DNA from: Candidatus Latescibacterota bacterium
Lineage (GTDB): Bacteria; Latescibacterota; UBA2968; UBA8231
DNA: 64,000 bases
Direction: 5' to 3'
Assembly (NCBI GenBank): GCA_965223905.1
Contig: CBDCXV010000010.1
Coordinates: 832,001-896,000, forward strand
Part shown: in pieces, positions 49,998-57,917 of the stretch
Position numbering within the stretch: the first letter of the stretch is position 1
How the letters are laid out: every line of letters starts with the position of its first letter
Notes under the pieces: model-generated
What the model was told of the DNA's origin: nothing
The model's input: the letters and a program-made list of their open reading frames with translations, nothing else
The model's database searches: none
Program-made: the position numbers and the translations under genes

Positions 49998-50974
49998 AAA
50001 TCGCTTTGGCGCTCGGCCCGGAGGCAGGGGCCGTATCGACCTTCGGCAGCCAGTGCGGCGTCGGGCACGCGGTCGGCACCTTCGGCCTCGAGCCCATACC
50101 GGACAAATCGATAGAGGACGAGGCGCAGCCGTTCAGCCGCGTCTCCCTGGCCCGCTTCAAGGCGCAGTACGAGAAGATGGGATACCGGCTTTCGGTGATC
50201 GAAAGCCGCCCCCCGATGGAGGAGATCAAGCTCGCCCTGCCGGGCCGCGACGAGGAGATCGCCGTCGTCTGCGAGTTCATCCGCAACATGGGAGCCGCCG
50301 GCATCCCGGTCTGGTGCCCGGCCTGGATGCCCGTCCACTTCGTCATCCGCACCTCCTCCGACATCCCGACCCGGGGCGGCGCCAAGGTGACCGGCTTCGA
50401 CCTCGAGGAGTTCAACAGGACCCACCCGGCCGGCGAGCACGGCGAGATCACCGAGGAGGAGCAGTGGGACAACCTGAAGTACTTCCTCGAGCGCGTCGTG
50501 CCGGTAGCCGAAGAGGCCAACGTCAAGCTCGCCATGCATCCCGACGACCCGCCGCTGTCGCCGATCCAGGGGGTGGCCCGCATCATCAGCAGCGTCGAGA
50601 ACTACCAGAAGATGGTCGATCTCGTGCCCAGCCCGGTGAACGGCATCGGCCTCTGCCAGGGGAACTTCGGCCTCATGACCGACGACCTGCCGAGCGTCAT
50701 CCGCCACTTCGGCGAGCAGAAGAAGGTCCACTTCGTCCACTTCCGCGACATCCGGGGGACCCCGGCGAAGTTCGACGAGGCCTTCCACGACGACGGCAAG
50801 CACGACATGGCGGCCTGCGTCCGCGCCTACCGCGACACCGGGTACGAGGGGGTGGCGCGCCCCGACCATTTCCCGCAGCTGACCTGGGAGGATTTCGCCG
50901 ACACGCACTCGATGGAGCGCCTCTACGCCATCGGCTACATGAGAGGCCTGATCGAGGCGGTGTACAGCGAGTGA
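49994..50974 (+). CDS. uxuA: Mannonate dehydratase (UxuA family)
   Basis: VIES, LAMHPDDPP, LCQGNF, HFRDI, EAFHDDG, RPDH, AIGYMRGL. Confidence 0.88.
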   Translation: MKIALALGPEAGAVSTFGSQCGVGHAVGTFGLEPIPDKSIEDEAQPFSRVSLARFKAQYEKMGYRLSVIESRPPMEEIKLALPGRDEEIAVVCEFIRNMGAAGIPVWCPAWMPVHFVIRTSSDIPTRGGAKVTGFDLEEFNRTHPAGEHGEITEEEQWDNLKYFLERVVPVAEEANVKLAMHPDDPPLSPIQGVARIISSVENYQKMVDLVPSPVNGIGLCQGNFGLMTDDLPSVIRHFGEQKKVHFVHFRDIRGTPAKFDEAFHDDGKHDMAACVRAYRDTGYEGVARPDHFPQLTWEDFADTHSMERLYAIGYMRGLIEAVYSE

Positions 50975-51708
50975 CGCCGCATCCCACCCCGGTCGCCGTT
51001 GCCCGCGCCCTCGGCCGCGCCGCGGGCGGCCTGCGCTTCGCCGCCCCGGTCGCGCACGTGTACAACCCGCTGGCGTACGCCTTCGAAGCGCACACCGCCT
51101 ACCTCGAACGCTACTGCCGGCGCTGCGCCGAGGTGCTGCTCGTCGGCATGAACCCCGGGCCCTGGGGCATGATGCAGACCGGGGTCCCGTTCGGCGAGGT
51201 CGAGCTGGTCAGGGACTGGCTCGGCATCGACCGCGGGGTGAGCCGGCCCCGCTCCCAGCACCCCAGGCGGGCGATCGAGGGCTTCGACTGCCAGCGCAGC
51301 GAGGTCAGCGGCCGGCGCTTCTGGGGGTGGGCGCGGGACCGCTTCGGCAACCCGGACCGCTTCTTCGACAGCTTCTTCGTCTGGAACTACTGCCCCCTGG
51401 CCTTCCTCGAGGAAAGCGGCCGCAACCGCACCCCCGACAAGCTGCCCCAGGAGGAGCGCGAACCCCTGTTCGCCGCCTGCGACCGCGCCCTCCGGCAGAT
51501 CGCCGAGCACGTATCGCCGTCGTTCGTCCTCGGGGTCGGCAGGTTCGGCTGGGACCGGGCCCGCGCCGCCCTCGGCGACGGCACCTTCCAGATGGGACAG
51601 ATCCTGCACCCGAGCCCGGCGAGCCCCGCGGCCAACCGCGGCTGGGCAGGCCAGGTCGAGAAGCAGCTCGCCGCCGTCGGCATCCCGCTGCCGTCGGGAT
51701 CCCGTTGA
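50971..51708 (+). CDS. SMUG1-type (family 3) uracil-DNA glycosylase
   Basis: VYNPL.YA, GMNPGPWGMMQTGVPFG, SEVSGRRFW, NYCPL, HPSPASP; GTG at 50971. Confidence 0.9.
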   Translation: MTPHPTPVAVARALGRAAGGLRFAAPVAHVYNPLAYAFEAHTAYLERYCRRCAEVLLVGMNPGPWGMMQTGVPFGEVELVRDWLGIDRGVSRPRSQHPRRAIEGFDCQRSEVSGRRFWGWARDRFGNPDRFFDSFFVWNYCPLAFLEESGRNRTPDKLPQEEREPLFAACDRALRQIAEHVSPSFVLGVGRFGWDRARAALGDGTFQMGQILHPSPASPAANRGWAGQVEKQLAAVGIPLPSGSR

Positions 51709-51939
51709 CTGGGGCCCGTGGTCTGCAGCTCACCGGGGAAGGGAAGCATCCGCCGGCGCGTAGGCGCCGGTTGAAACCGCCCGGGGGAACCCCTTGAGGG
51801 AGCTGGTCCTGGCTACAGCCCGCGGGATCCTCTTGAAGCAGCCGGGCGGGGCGGCCGCCCGCAGCAACCCCTTCAAGTGTCCAGGCCAGCTCGCGAACCT
51901 CGCTCCGGCCTTCCCCGCAAACGGACTTCCCGACACACC

Positions 51940-52890
51940 ATGGAACCTCCCGTAACCGCGGACCGGATCGAGCGGGTCGCCGTCGTCGGGGCCGGCCTCA
52001 TGGGCCACGGGATCGCCCTGGAGCTCGCCCTCGCCGGCCTGGAGGTGCGCATGCACTCGCGCACCCGGGCGAGCCTGGACCGGGCCCGCGCCCGCATCGA
52101 CGCCGGCCTCGACTACCTCGCCGGCCTCGGCCGCATCACCGGGGAACAGGCGGAGGCGGTCCCCTCCCGCCTGCACGGCTCCCCCGATCTCGAGGAGGCG
52201 GTATCCGGCGCGGACTTAGCCATCGAATCGGTGTTCGAGGACCTCGAGCTCAAGCGCCGGGTGTTCGCCGACCTCGACCGCCTCTGCCCCGAGCGCGCCA
52301 TCCTCGCGAGCAACACCTCGGGACTGATGCCGGACAGCTTCGTTCCGGAGACGGAACGGCGCGACCGCGTTCTCGTCACCCACTACGCCAACCCGCCCCA
52401 CCTCATCCCGCTGGTGGAGGTGGTGCCGGCAAGCGCAACCTCGGACGCCGCCCTGCAAGCCGTCTGCTCGCTGCTCGAGCGCGTGGGCAAGCGCCCGATC
52501 GTCGTCCGCAGGCAGGTCCCCGGCTTCGTCCTCAACCGCCTGCAGTTCGCCCTCCTGCGCGAGGCGCTCTGGCTGGTCGAGAACGGGGTCGCCACCCCCC
52601 GGGACGTCGACTACGCCCTCAGCAACAGCATCGGCCGCCGCTGGTCGACGGCCGGCATCTTCGAGGTGTTCGAGCTCGCCGGGTGGGACCTGGTGGCCTC
52701 GATCGCCGGCAACCTCCTCCCCCATCTCGCCTCCGGACCGGAGGTGCCCGGGCTGCTGCGGGAGAAGGTGGCCCGCGGCGAGCTCGGGGCGAAGACGGGA
52801 CGCGGTTTCTACCAGTGGACGCCGGAATCCGCGGAGGACCTGAGACGGCGGATCGCCGCCGCCCTCGTCGAGATCGAGAAGTGGCAGTGA
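51940..52890 (+). CDS. 3-hydroxyacyl-CoA dehydrogenase family protein
   Basis: VVGAGLMGHG, ESVFEDLELK, SNTS, HYANPP..PLVEV, PGFVLNRL. Confidence 0.92.
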   Translation: MEPPVTADRIERVAVVGAGLMGHGIALELALAGLEVRMHSRTRASLDRARARIDAGLDYLAGLGRITGEQAEAVPSRLHGSPDLEEAVSGADLAIESVFEDLELKRRVFADLDRLCPERAILASNTSGLMPDSFVPETERRDRVLVTHYANPPHLIPLVEVVPASATSDAALQAVCSLLERVGKRPIVVRRQVPGFVLNRLQFALLREALWLVENGVATPRDVDYALSNSIGRRWSTAGIFEVFELAGWDLVASIAGNLLPHLASGPEVPGLLREKVARGELGAKTGRGFYQWTPESAEDLRRRIAAALVEIEKWQ

Positions 52891-52915
52891 CCCGGCACAG
52901 TCCGAGCGGGCGCCG
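52828..52915 (+). repeat. 88-bp direct repeat, copy 1 (copy 2 at 54918-55005)
   Basis: TCCGCGGAGGA[C/G]CTGAGACGGCGG...GAGCGGGCGCCG, one mismatch between copies. Confidence 0.93.
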
Positions 52916-52922
52916 GGGGCGT

Positions 52923-53065
52923 GCACGCATCCGGATCGTGGCCACAGCTGGCAGTCCGCAATCGATACCGCGGCCAACCTGCACCTGACCGCCGCGGGGA
53001 CAGAACACATCTGCGAGTTCTTCCTGTACCCGAACGGTTTCCGCTACGACCGCTAGAGGATCTGC
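52923..53065 (+). pseudogene. Degenerate internal fragment of the enolase-superfamily gene (matches about 56892-57040)
   Basis: Shared ACCGCGGCCAACCT.CACCTGACCGCCGCGG and ACACATCTGCGAGTTCTTC.TGTACCCGAACGG.TTCCGCTACG. Confidence 0.85.
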
Positions 53066-53106
53066 GAGCGGGGGCGAAAGTGGTCTTTGCCAGGATTTGC
53101 CCTTCA

Positions 53107-53158
53107 TGTATATGTTAAAGGCCAAAATTCCCCAAAAATGTGAATTTTAGCATATACA
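53107..53158 (+). promoter_or_regulatory. Inverted-repeat operator upstream of abiEi
   Basis: TGTATATGTTAAA...TTTAGCATATACA (13-bp arms, 1 mismatch) in an AT-rich promoter region. Confidence 0.6.
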
Positions 53159-53170
53159 CTATACACCGCC

Positions 53171-53977
53171 ATAAACGCACAGACTGCCATACCCAAGGGA
53201 CGCCGCAGGCTGGCCGCCGTTGTTCGGGAAGCTGGCGACATCATCCAAATCGCCGATGCCGAACATGCCCTGGCCGTCAGCCGTTCCGACGCCGCCAAGC
53301 TTCTCTCCCGTTGGAGCGGGCAGGGCTGGCTGCGGCGCGTCGGCCCGGGCGCCTACGCACCAGTTGGCCTTGACTCCCTTGCCAGCGATCGGGTTCTCGA
53401 TGATCCCTGGGTGCTGGTGCCTGCGCTCTTCATGCCGGCCTACATCGGCGGCCGGACTGCCGCCGAACACTGGGACCTTACGGAGCAGATCTTCCGCGAC
53501 ATTGTTGTGATGACAGCGCGAACCGTGCGTGCGAATAGCCAGCAACGCCATGGCGCGCACTTCACCCTGAAGCATGTCCGGCAGGGTATGATCTTCGGGA
53601 CGAAGACAGTCTGGCGCGGAAAAACCCGGATCGACGTATCGGACGTTCACCGCACCATCATCGACATGCTCGACGTTCCGGACCTTGGAGCCGGCATCCA
53701 GCATGTTGCCGACTGCCTTGCGACCTATTTCGACCGCAAGGACAGGGATGACGACAGACTGATTGCCTATGCGGGCCGGCTCGGTAACGGCGCCGTATTC
53801 AAGCGCCTGGGCTTTCTGGCAGAAAGCGGACCCGGCACTGCCACACTTGTTGAGGCGTGCCGTGCGCGTCTGACCCAAGGCAACGCCAAACTCGACCCGA
53901 AACTTTCATGCCGCCGCCTCATATCCCGATGGCGCCTCCTTGTTCCTGAGAGCTGGGCAAAGGTGGCGTCCGCATGA
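53171..53977 (+). CDS. abiEi: AbiEi-like type IV antitoxin/transcriptional regulator; apparent start is ATA
   Basis: The frame stays open 80 codons upstream of the called ORF (INAQTAIPKGRRRL...GWLRRVGPGAY, wHTH-like); AYIGG.TAAEHW.LTEQ, RTIID, KRLGFL. Confidence 0.75.
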   Translation: MNAQTAIPKGRRRLAAVVREAGDIIQIADAEHALAVSRSDAAKLLSRWSGQGWLRRVGPGAYAPVGLDSLASDRVLDDPWVLVPALFMPAYIGGRTAAEHWDLTEQIFRDIVVMTARTVRANSQQRHGAHFTLKHVRQGMIFGTKTVWRGKTRIDVSDVHRTIIDMLDVPDLGAGIQHVADCLATYFDRKDRDDDRLIAYAGRLGNGAVFKRLGFLAESGPGTATLVEACRARLTQGNAKLDPKLSCRRLISRWRLLVPESWAKVASA

Positions 53978-54891
53978 TCGACCGCCGCGAAATCCTCGAT
54001 ATTGCGGGTGTCCTTGGCTTGCTGCCCCAGGTTGTCGAGAAGGACTATGTGCTCGGCTGGGTCCTCGCCGGCATCTATCAGCACGCAGCTCTCGCAGAAA
54101 ACTGGATTTTCAAGGGCGGGACCTGCCTCAAGAAATGTTACTTCGAAACGCACCGATTCTCCGAAGACCTTGATTTTTCGCTCATCGATCCCTCTGACAT
54201 TGATCAGGAATTCCTGGTCGTTGTCTTCCGCGAGATCGGCGAATGGATCTATGAACGGACCGGCCTCGATATCCCCGAAGAGTTGCAGGAATTCGAGCTC
54301 TTTGAAAACCCGCGCGGCACGGTGTCTTGCCAGGGAAAACTCAGCTACCGGGGACCGATCTCTCCGCGCTCAGCCGGTCTGCCGCGCATCAAGCTTGACC
54401 TGACACTGGATGAGCTTCTTGTCCTGCCGCCACCCGAGCATGTCATCTTCCACGACTACAGCACCGGCGTGAAACCCCCTGTCCCGGCCACCTACCAGAT
54501 GGCCCTCGGTGAAATCGTGCTCAGGGAACGCACACTGCGCCTACCGGTCTCTGGCGCCGCCCAGTCATTCCTGGAAATCATCCGCTTTGCCGCCGTCAAC
54601 CATTTGTGCGTGGACTTGGAGTACGAGGGATCTGTCCGGAGGATTGAGCCCTATTCCCTGCGGCGCACCCGCCACGGCAAAATCGTCCTGCACTCAATAC
54701 AGGCCTCCGATGGTGGGCACCTCAGCTTCCGCGTTGACCGCATCCAGGGCGCGCAGACAACCGGGCAAAGTTTCCTCCCGCGCTATGCTGTGGAGCTGAG
54801 TCCGCAGGGCTCAGCGGTCAAAGCGGCTGAGGTTCACCCCCCGGTTGCCCTTGACCCCTCACAAGCGGTAGCCCGGGACATACCTGAATGA
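53974..54891 (+). CDS. abiEii: AbiEii nucleotidyltransferase toxin N-terminus fused to a WYL-like domain, apparently internally deleted
   Basis: VEKDY, FKGGTCLKKCY, RFSEDLDF; then RRIEPYSL, SFRVDRI (WYL). Confidence 0.8.
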   Translation: MIDRREILDIAGVLGLLPQVVEKDYVLGWVLAGIYQHAALAENWIFKGGTCLKKCYFETHRFSEDLDFSLIDPSDIDQEFLVVVFREIGEWIYERTGLDIPEELQEFELFENPRGTVSCQGKLSYRGPISPRSAGLPRIKLDLTLDELLVLPPPEHVIFHDYSTGVKPPVPATYQMALGEIVLRERTLRLPVSGAAQSFLEIIRFAAVNHLCVDLEYEGSVRRIEPYSLRRTRHGKIVLHSIQASDGGHLSFRVDRIQGAQTTGQSFLPRYAVELSPQGSAVKAAEVHPPVALDPSQAVARDIPE

Positions 54892-54917
54892 TCGGGAAGC
54901 GTACCATTCGTCTCGAT

Positions 54918-55005
54918 TCCGCGGAGGAGCTGAGACGGCGGATCGCCGCCGCCCTCGTCGAGATCGAGAAGTGGCAGTGACCCGGCACAGTCCGAGCGGG
55001 CGCCG
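54918..55005 (+). repeat. 88-bp direct repeat, copy 2
   Basis: Repeats the dehydrogenase 3' end and the DMT gene start. Confidence 0.93.
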
Positions 55006-55909
55006 CGCCCTCGGACTGTGCCTCGCCGCGCTCGCCGTCTTTCAGTGGGGGACGCAGCCGGTGCTCCAGGCCATCCTCGTGCGCTCCCTGGAGGTTACCG
55101 CCGTCGGATGGATGCGTTTCGCCATCAGCGCGGCCCTGCTCCTGCCCATGGTGCTGCGCCGCGGCGGCCGCGAGCTGATCCGCCTGCGCGGCCGGCGCCT
55201 CCTCCTGCTGTCGGTCTGCGTCGCCGGTCTGCTCACAAACTACCTGACCTTCATGGCCGCCCTCCGCTACGTCAGCCCCGGCACCGCCCAGGTGGTCATC
55301 CAGCTCGCCCCGGTGCTGATGCTCCTGGGAGGCCTGTTCCTGTTCGGCGAGCCGTTCAGCCGGCTCCAGTGGCTGGGGATCGTTCTCCTGCTCGCCGGCC
55401 TGGCGCTGTTCTTCAGCCCCCGCTACGGAGATCTGGCCGGCGAGTTGCAGGGGTTCGGCCTCGGCATTCTGCTGCTGATCTTCTCCGCGGTGGCCTGGGC
55501 GGTCTATCTCCTGAGCCAGAAGCAGCTCCTGACCGCGCTGCCGCCCGAGGCGATCCTGCTGCCGATCTACGCCACCGGGACGATTATTCTGCTTCCCCTG
55601 GTGCGGTTCGCCGACTACGGCCGCCTCGACCCCATCCACCTCGGCCTGCTGGCGGCCACCAGCGTCCTCACCTTCACCTCCTACCTCTGCTACGCCCACG
55701 CCGCCGAGCACATCGAGGCCTCCCGGATCGGGGTTCTCCTCTCCCTGTCGCCGGTGGTCGTCTTCGTCATTGCGGGCATGTTCGCCCTGCTCCTGCCGGA
55801 CCTGACGAGGCCGGAGGAACTCAGCCCCGCCCGCGTCGGCGGGGCCCTGCTGGTCGTCGCCGGTTCCATGCTCGGGGCCCTGGGGAGCCCGTCCCCTCCC
55901 GGAGGCTGA
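54977..55909 (+). CDS. DMT/EamA family transporter
   Basis: About 10 TM helices, WG.Q, RF, LFGE, two EamA repeats. Confidence 0.9.
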   Translation: MTRHSPSGRRALGLCLAALAVFQWGTQPVLQAILVRSLEVTAVGWMRFAISAALLLPMVLRRGGRELIRLRGRRLLLLSVCVAGLLTNYLTFMAALRYVSPGTAQVVIQLAPVLMLLGGLFLFGEPFSRLQWLGIVLLLAGLALFFSPRYGDLAGELQGFGLGILLLIFSAVAWAVYLLSQKQLLTALPPEAILLPIYATGTIILLPLVRFADYGRLDPIHLGLLAATSVLTFTSYLCYAHAAEHIEASRIGVLLSLSPVVVFVIAGMFALLLPDLTRPEELSPARVGGALLVVAGSMLGALGSPSPPGG

Positions 55910-55983
55910 GGCCTGCCTGACGCCTCGGGCCCGGGGGCGTACCCGTGCACCTGAAAGCCCCATTTCCTCCACGGAGAAAGACA

Positions 55984-57225
55984 GTGAGCGAAGCCACGAG
56001 CCCGACCCCCATCGCCGACCGCACAGGCCGCGAAAACCTCACCATCACCGGCGTCAAGCTGACCCGCCTGACCTCCAAGCCGTCCGACGGCAGGTACGTC
56101 CACGAGTGCGGCCCGGTGGTGCTCACCAAGGTCGACATCGGCCTGCTGGAGATCTCCACTGCCGAGGGCCTGGTCGGCATCGGCGTCGAGCCCGCGGACA
56201 GCGACGGCGACTTCCGGCACCTGATCGGCCAAAACCCGTTCGACGTCGAGACTCTGGGCCTGTCCGCAGGGGCCGACATCGCCTGCTGGGACCTCGTCGG
56301 CAAAGCCAAGGGAGAGCCGCTGCACCGGCTGCTCGCACCGGAGCGCGGCAACCGGGTGCGGGTCTACGCCAGCGGCGGGGTGAACTGGACCTGGCACGAC
56401 CGCGGCGACGGCGGGCGGTTCGGCGCCGAGCAGCTGATTCAGGAGGCGCTGCAGTACCGGGAGATGGGGTTCGACACCTTCAAGTGGCGCCCCGGGACGG
56501 ACTGGGAAGAAGCCGGCGTCACCCCGGCCGAGTTGGGGAAGGTCTGCCGCCGCCTGCGCGAGGCCGTGGGCCCGGATTTCGACCTCGGCCTCGAGAAGAA
56601 GGGGTACGACTCATGGACGTACGGGGAGTGCCTGGAGATCGCCCCGGTCATCGACAACCTCGGTTTCCTCTTCTTCGAGCAGCCGATGGGAGACGCCGGA
56701 CCCGCTCAGTTCGACGACTACCTCGCGCTGAAGGAGCGCATGCCCGGCGTAATGCTGTGGGGCGGCGAGAGCCTTGAAAGCCTGGAGGAGATCAACCCGT
56801 GGCTGGAACGGGGGGTGTACGACGCCATGCAGATCGACGCGTCCAGACAGGGTCTAACGGAGGATCTGCGCATCGCCGGTGCCGCCCGGGAGCACGGCAT
56901 CCGCATCGTGCCCCATAACTGGCAGTCCTCCATCGGCACCGCGGCCAACCTACACCTGACCGCCGCGGCCGCGACCGGACACATCTGCGAGTTCTTCATG
57001 TACCCGAACGGGTTCCGCTACGGCCTGCTCAAGGATCCGCCGCGCCCGGTCGACGGCTGGGTTATCCTGCCGGACGGCCCCGGCCTAGGTATCGAGGTGG
57101 TGGAGGAGGTCGAGAAGCGCTTCCCCTACGAACCGGGACCGAACACCCTGCCCAACCCGCGTTTCCCCCACGCCCTGGACCGGGCCAGGGATCGAGAGCG
57201 GACGGTGCGGCAGCGGTACTCCTGA
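55984..57225 (+). CDS. Mandelate racemase/muconate lactonizing enzyme (enolase superfamily)
   Basis: DIACWDLVGK, VYASGG, FFEQP, GGES, PHNW, PGLG. Confidence 0.88.
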   Translation: MSEATSPTPIADRTGRENLTITGVKLTRLTSKPSDGRYVHECGPVVLTKVDIGLLEISTAEGLVGIGVEPADSDGDFRHLIGQNPFDVETLGLSAGADIACWDLVGKAKGEPLHRLLAPERGNRVRVYASGGVNWTWHDRGDGGRFGAEQLIQEALQYREMGFDTFKWRPGTDWEEAGVTPAELGKVCRRLREAVGPDFDLGLEKKGYDSWTYGECLEIAPVIDNLGFLFFEQPMGDAGPAQFDDYLALKERMPGVMLWGGESLESLEEINPWLERGVYDAMQIDASRQGLTEDLRIAGAAREHGIRIVPHNWQSSIGTAANLHLTAAAATGHICEFFMYPNGFRYGLLKDPPRPVDGWVILPDGPGLGIEVVEEVEKRFPYEPGPNTLPNPRFPHALDRARDRERTVRQRYS

Positions 57226-57362
57226 GGGGACAAAATCGGTAGTGGTATAGTTTTAAAACTTTAAGTAAGGTGCAGATGGAACCCCTGATACCTAAGGAGT
57301 ATCAGTTCTTTCTTTAATCATCGCCTATTGTCTGGTGGGGGAAAATCCTGTCAGTGGACGAC

Positions 57363-57540
57363 TTACGGCGCCAGCATTTTGATAATGCGCCTTGCCAACT
57401 GATCATTAATCTCCCGGTGGCGAGGAAACAGGTTGGGACAGCTTGGTCCCCGGATTTTGATACCAGTCGTGCCTGGCTCCATGCCGAATGAAAATACAAC
57501 CCATACTTTCCAAAGCTCGGATCAAGCCTCGCCGCTTCAT
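57363..57540 (-). pseudogene. hicA: HicA mRNA interferase toxin, frameshifted; absent from the ORF track
   Basis: MKRRGLIRALESMGCIFIRHGARHDWYQNPGTKLSQPV, one extra T near 57427, then PRHREINDQLARRIIKMLAP*. Confidence 0.85.
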
Positions 57541-57728
57541 CCGATTTCCAACACAGCAGCCTCTCGCACACAAGGGATATGGCCGCCTGTGAGGTCGCCG
57601 TACAGATCCTTCAGGTTTTCACGCAACTCTTCTTGAGTCTCACCTTGGGTCCAATAATCAGGATAGCGCTCAAGGTAGCCAAGCCACATATCGCCATCCT
57701 TCCAGAAGACATACCTCTGATAATCCAT
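57537..57728 (-). CDS. hicB: HicB antitoxin, short form
   Basis: WLGYLERYPDYWTQGETQEELRENL; overlaps the hicA start (ATGA). Confidence 0.88.
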   Translation of the reverse strand: MDYQRYVFWKDGDMWLGYLERYPDYWTQGETQEELRENLKDLYGDLTGGHIPCVREAAVLEIG

Positions 57729-57917
57729 TCCCACCTCTCTCGATATGACCTTGTTTGCCGACGGTTTTCCGAGTCGCCACCCCGTGCCGATGATGCTTGC
57801 TGCCGTTCTTCTTGCCCGCCAAAGAATAAACCGGTCAGCGACGGGCAAACAAGGCGGTCCGTCGCGGTCTGCTGATGGAGAGAAGCTTACCGCCGCGATC
57901 CCTATTTCCACTTTCGG

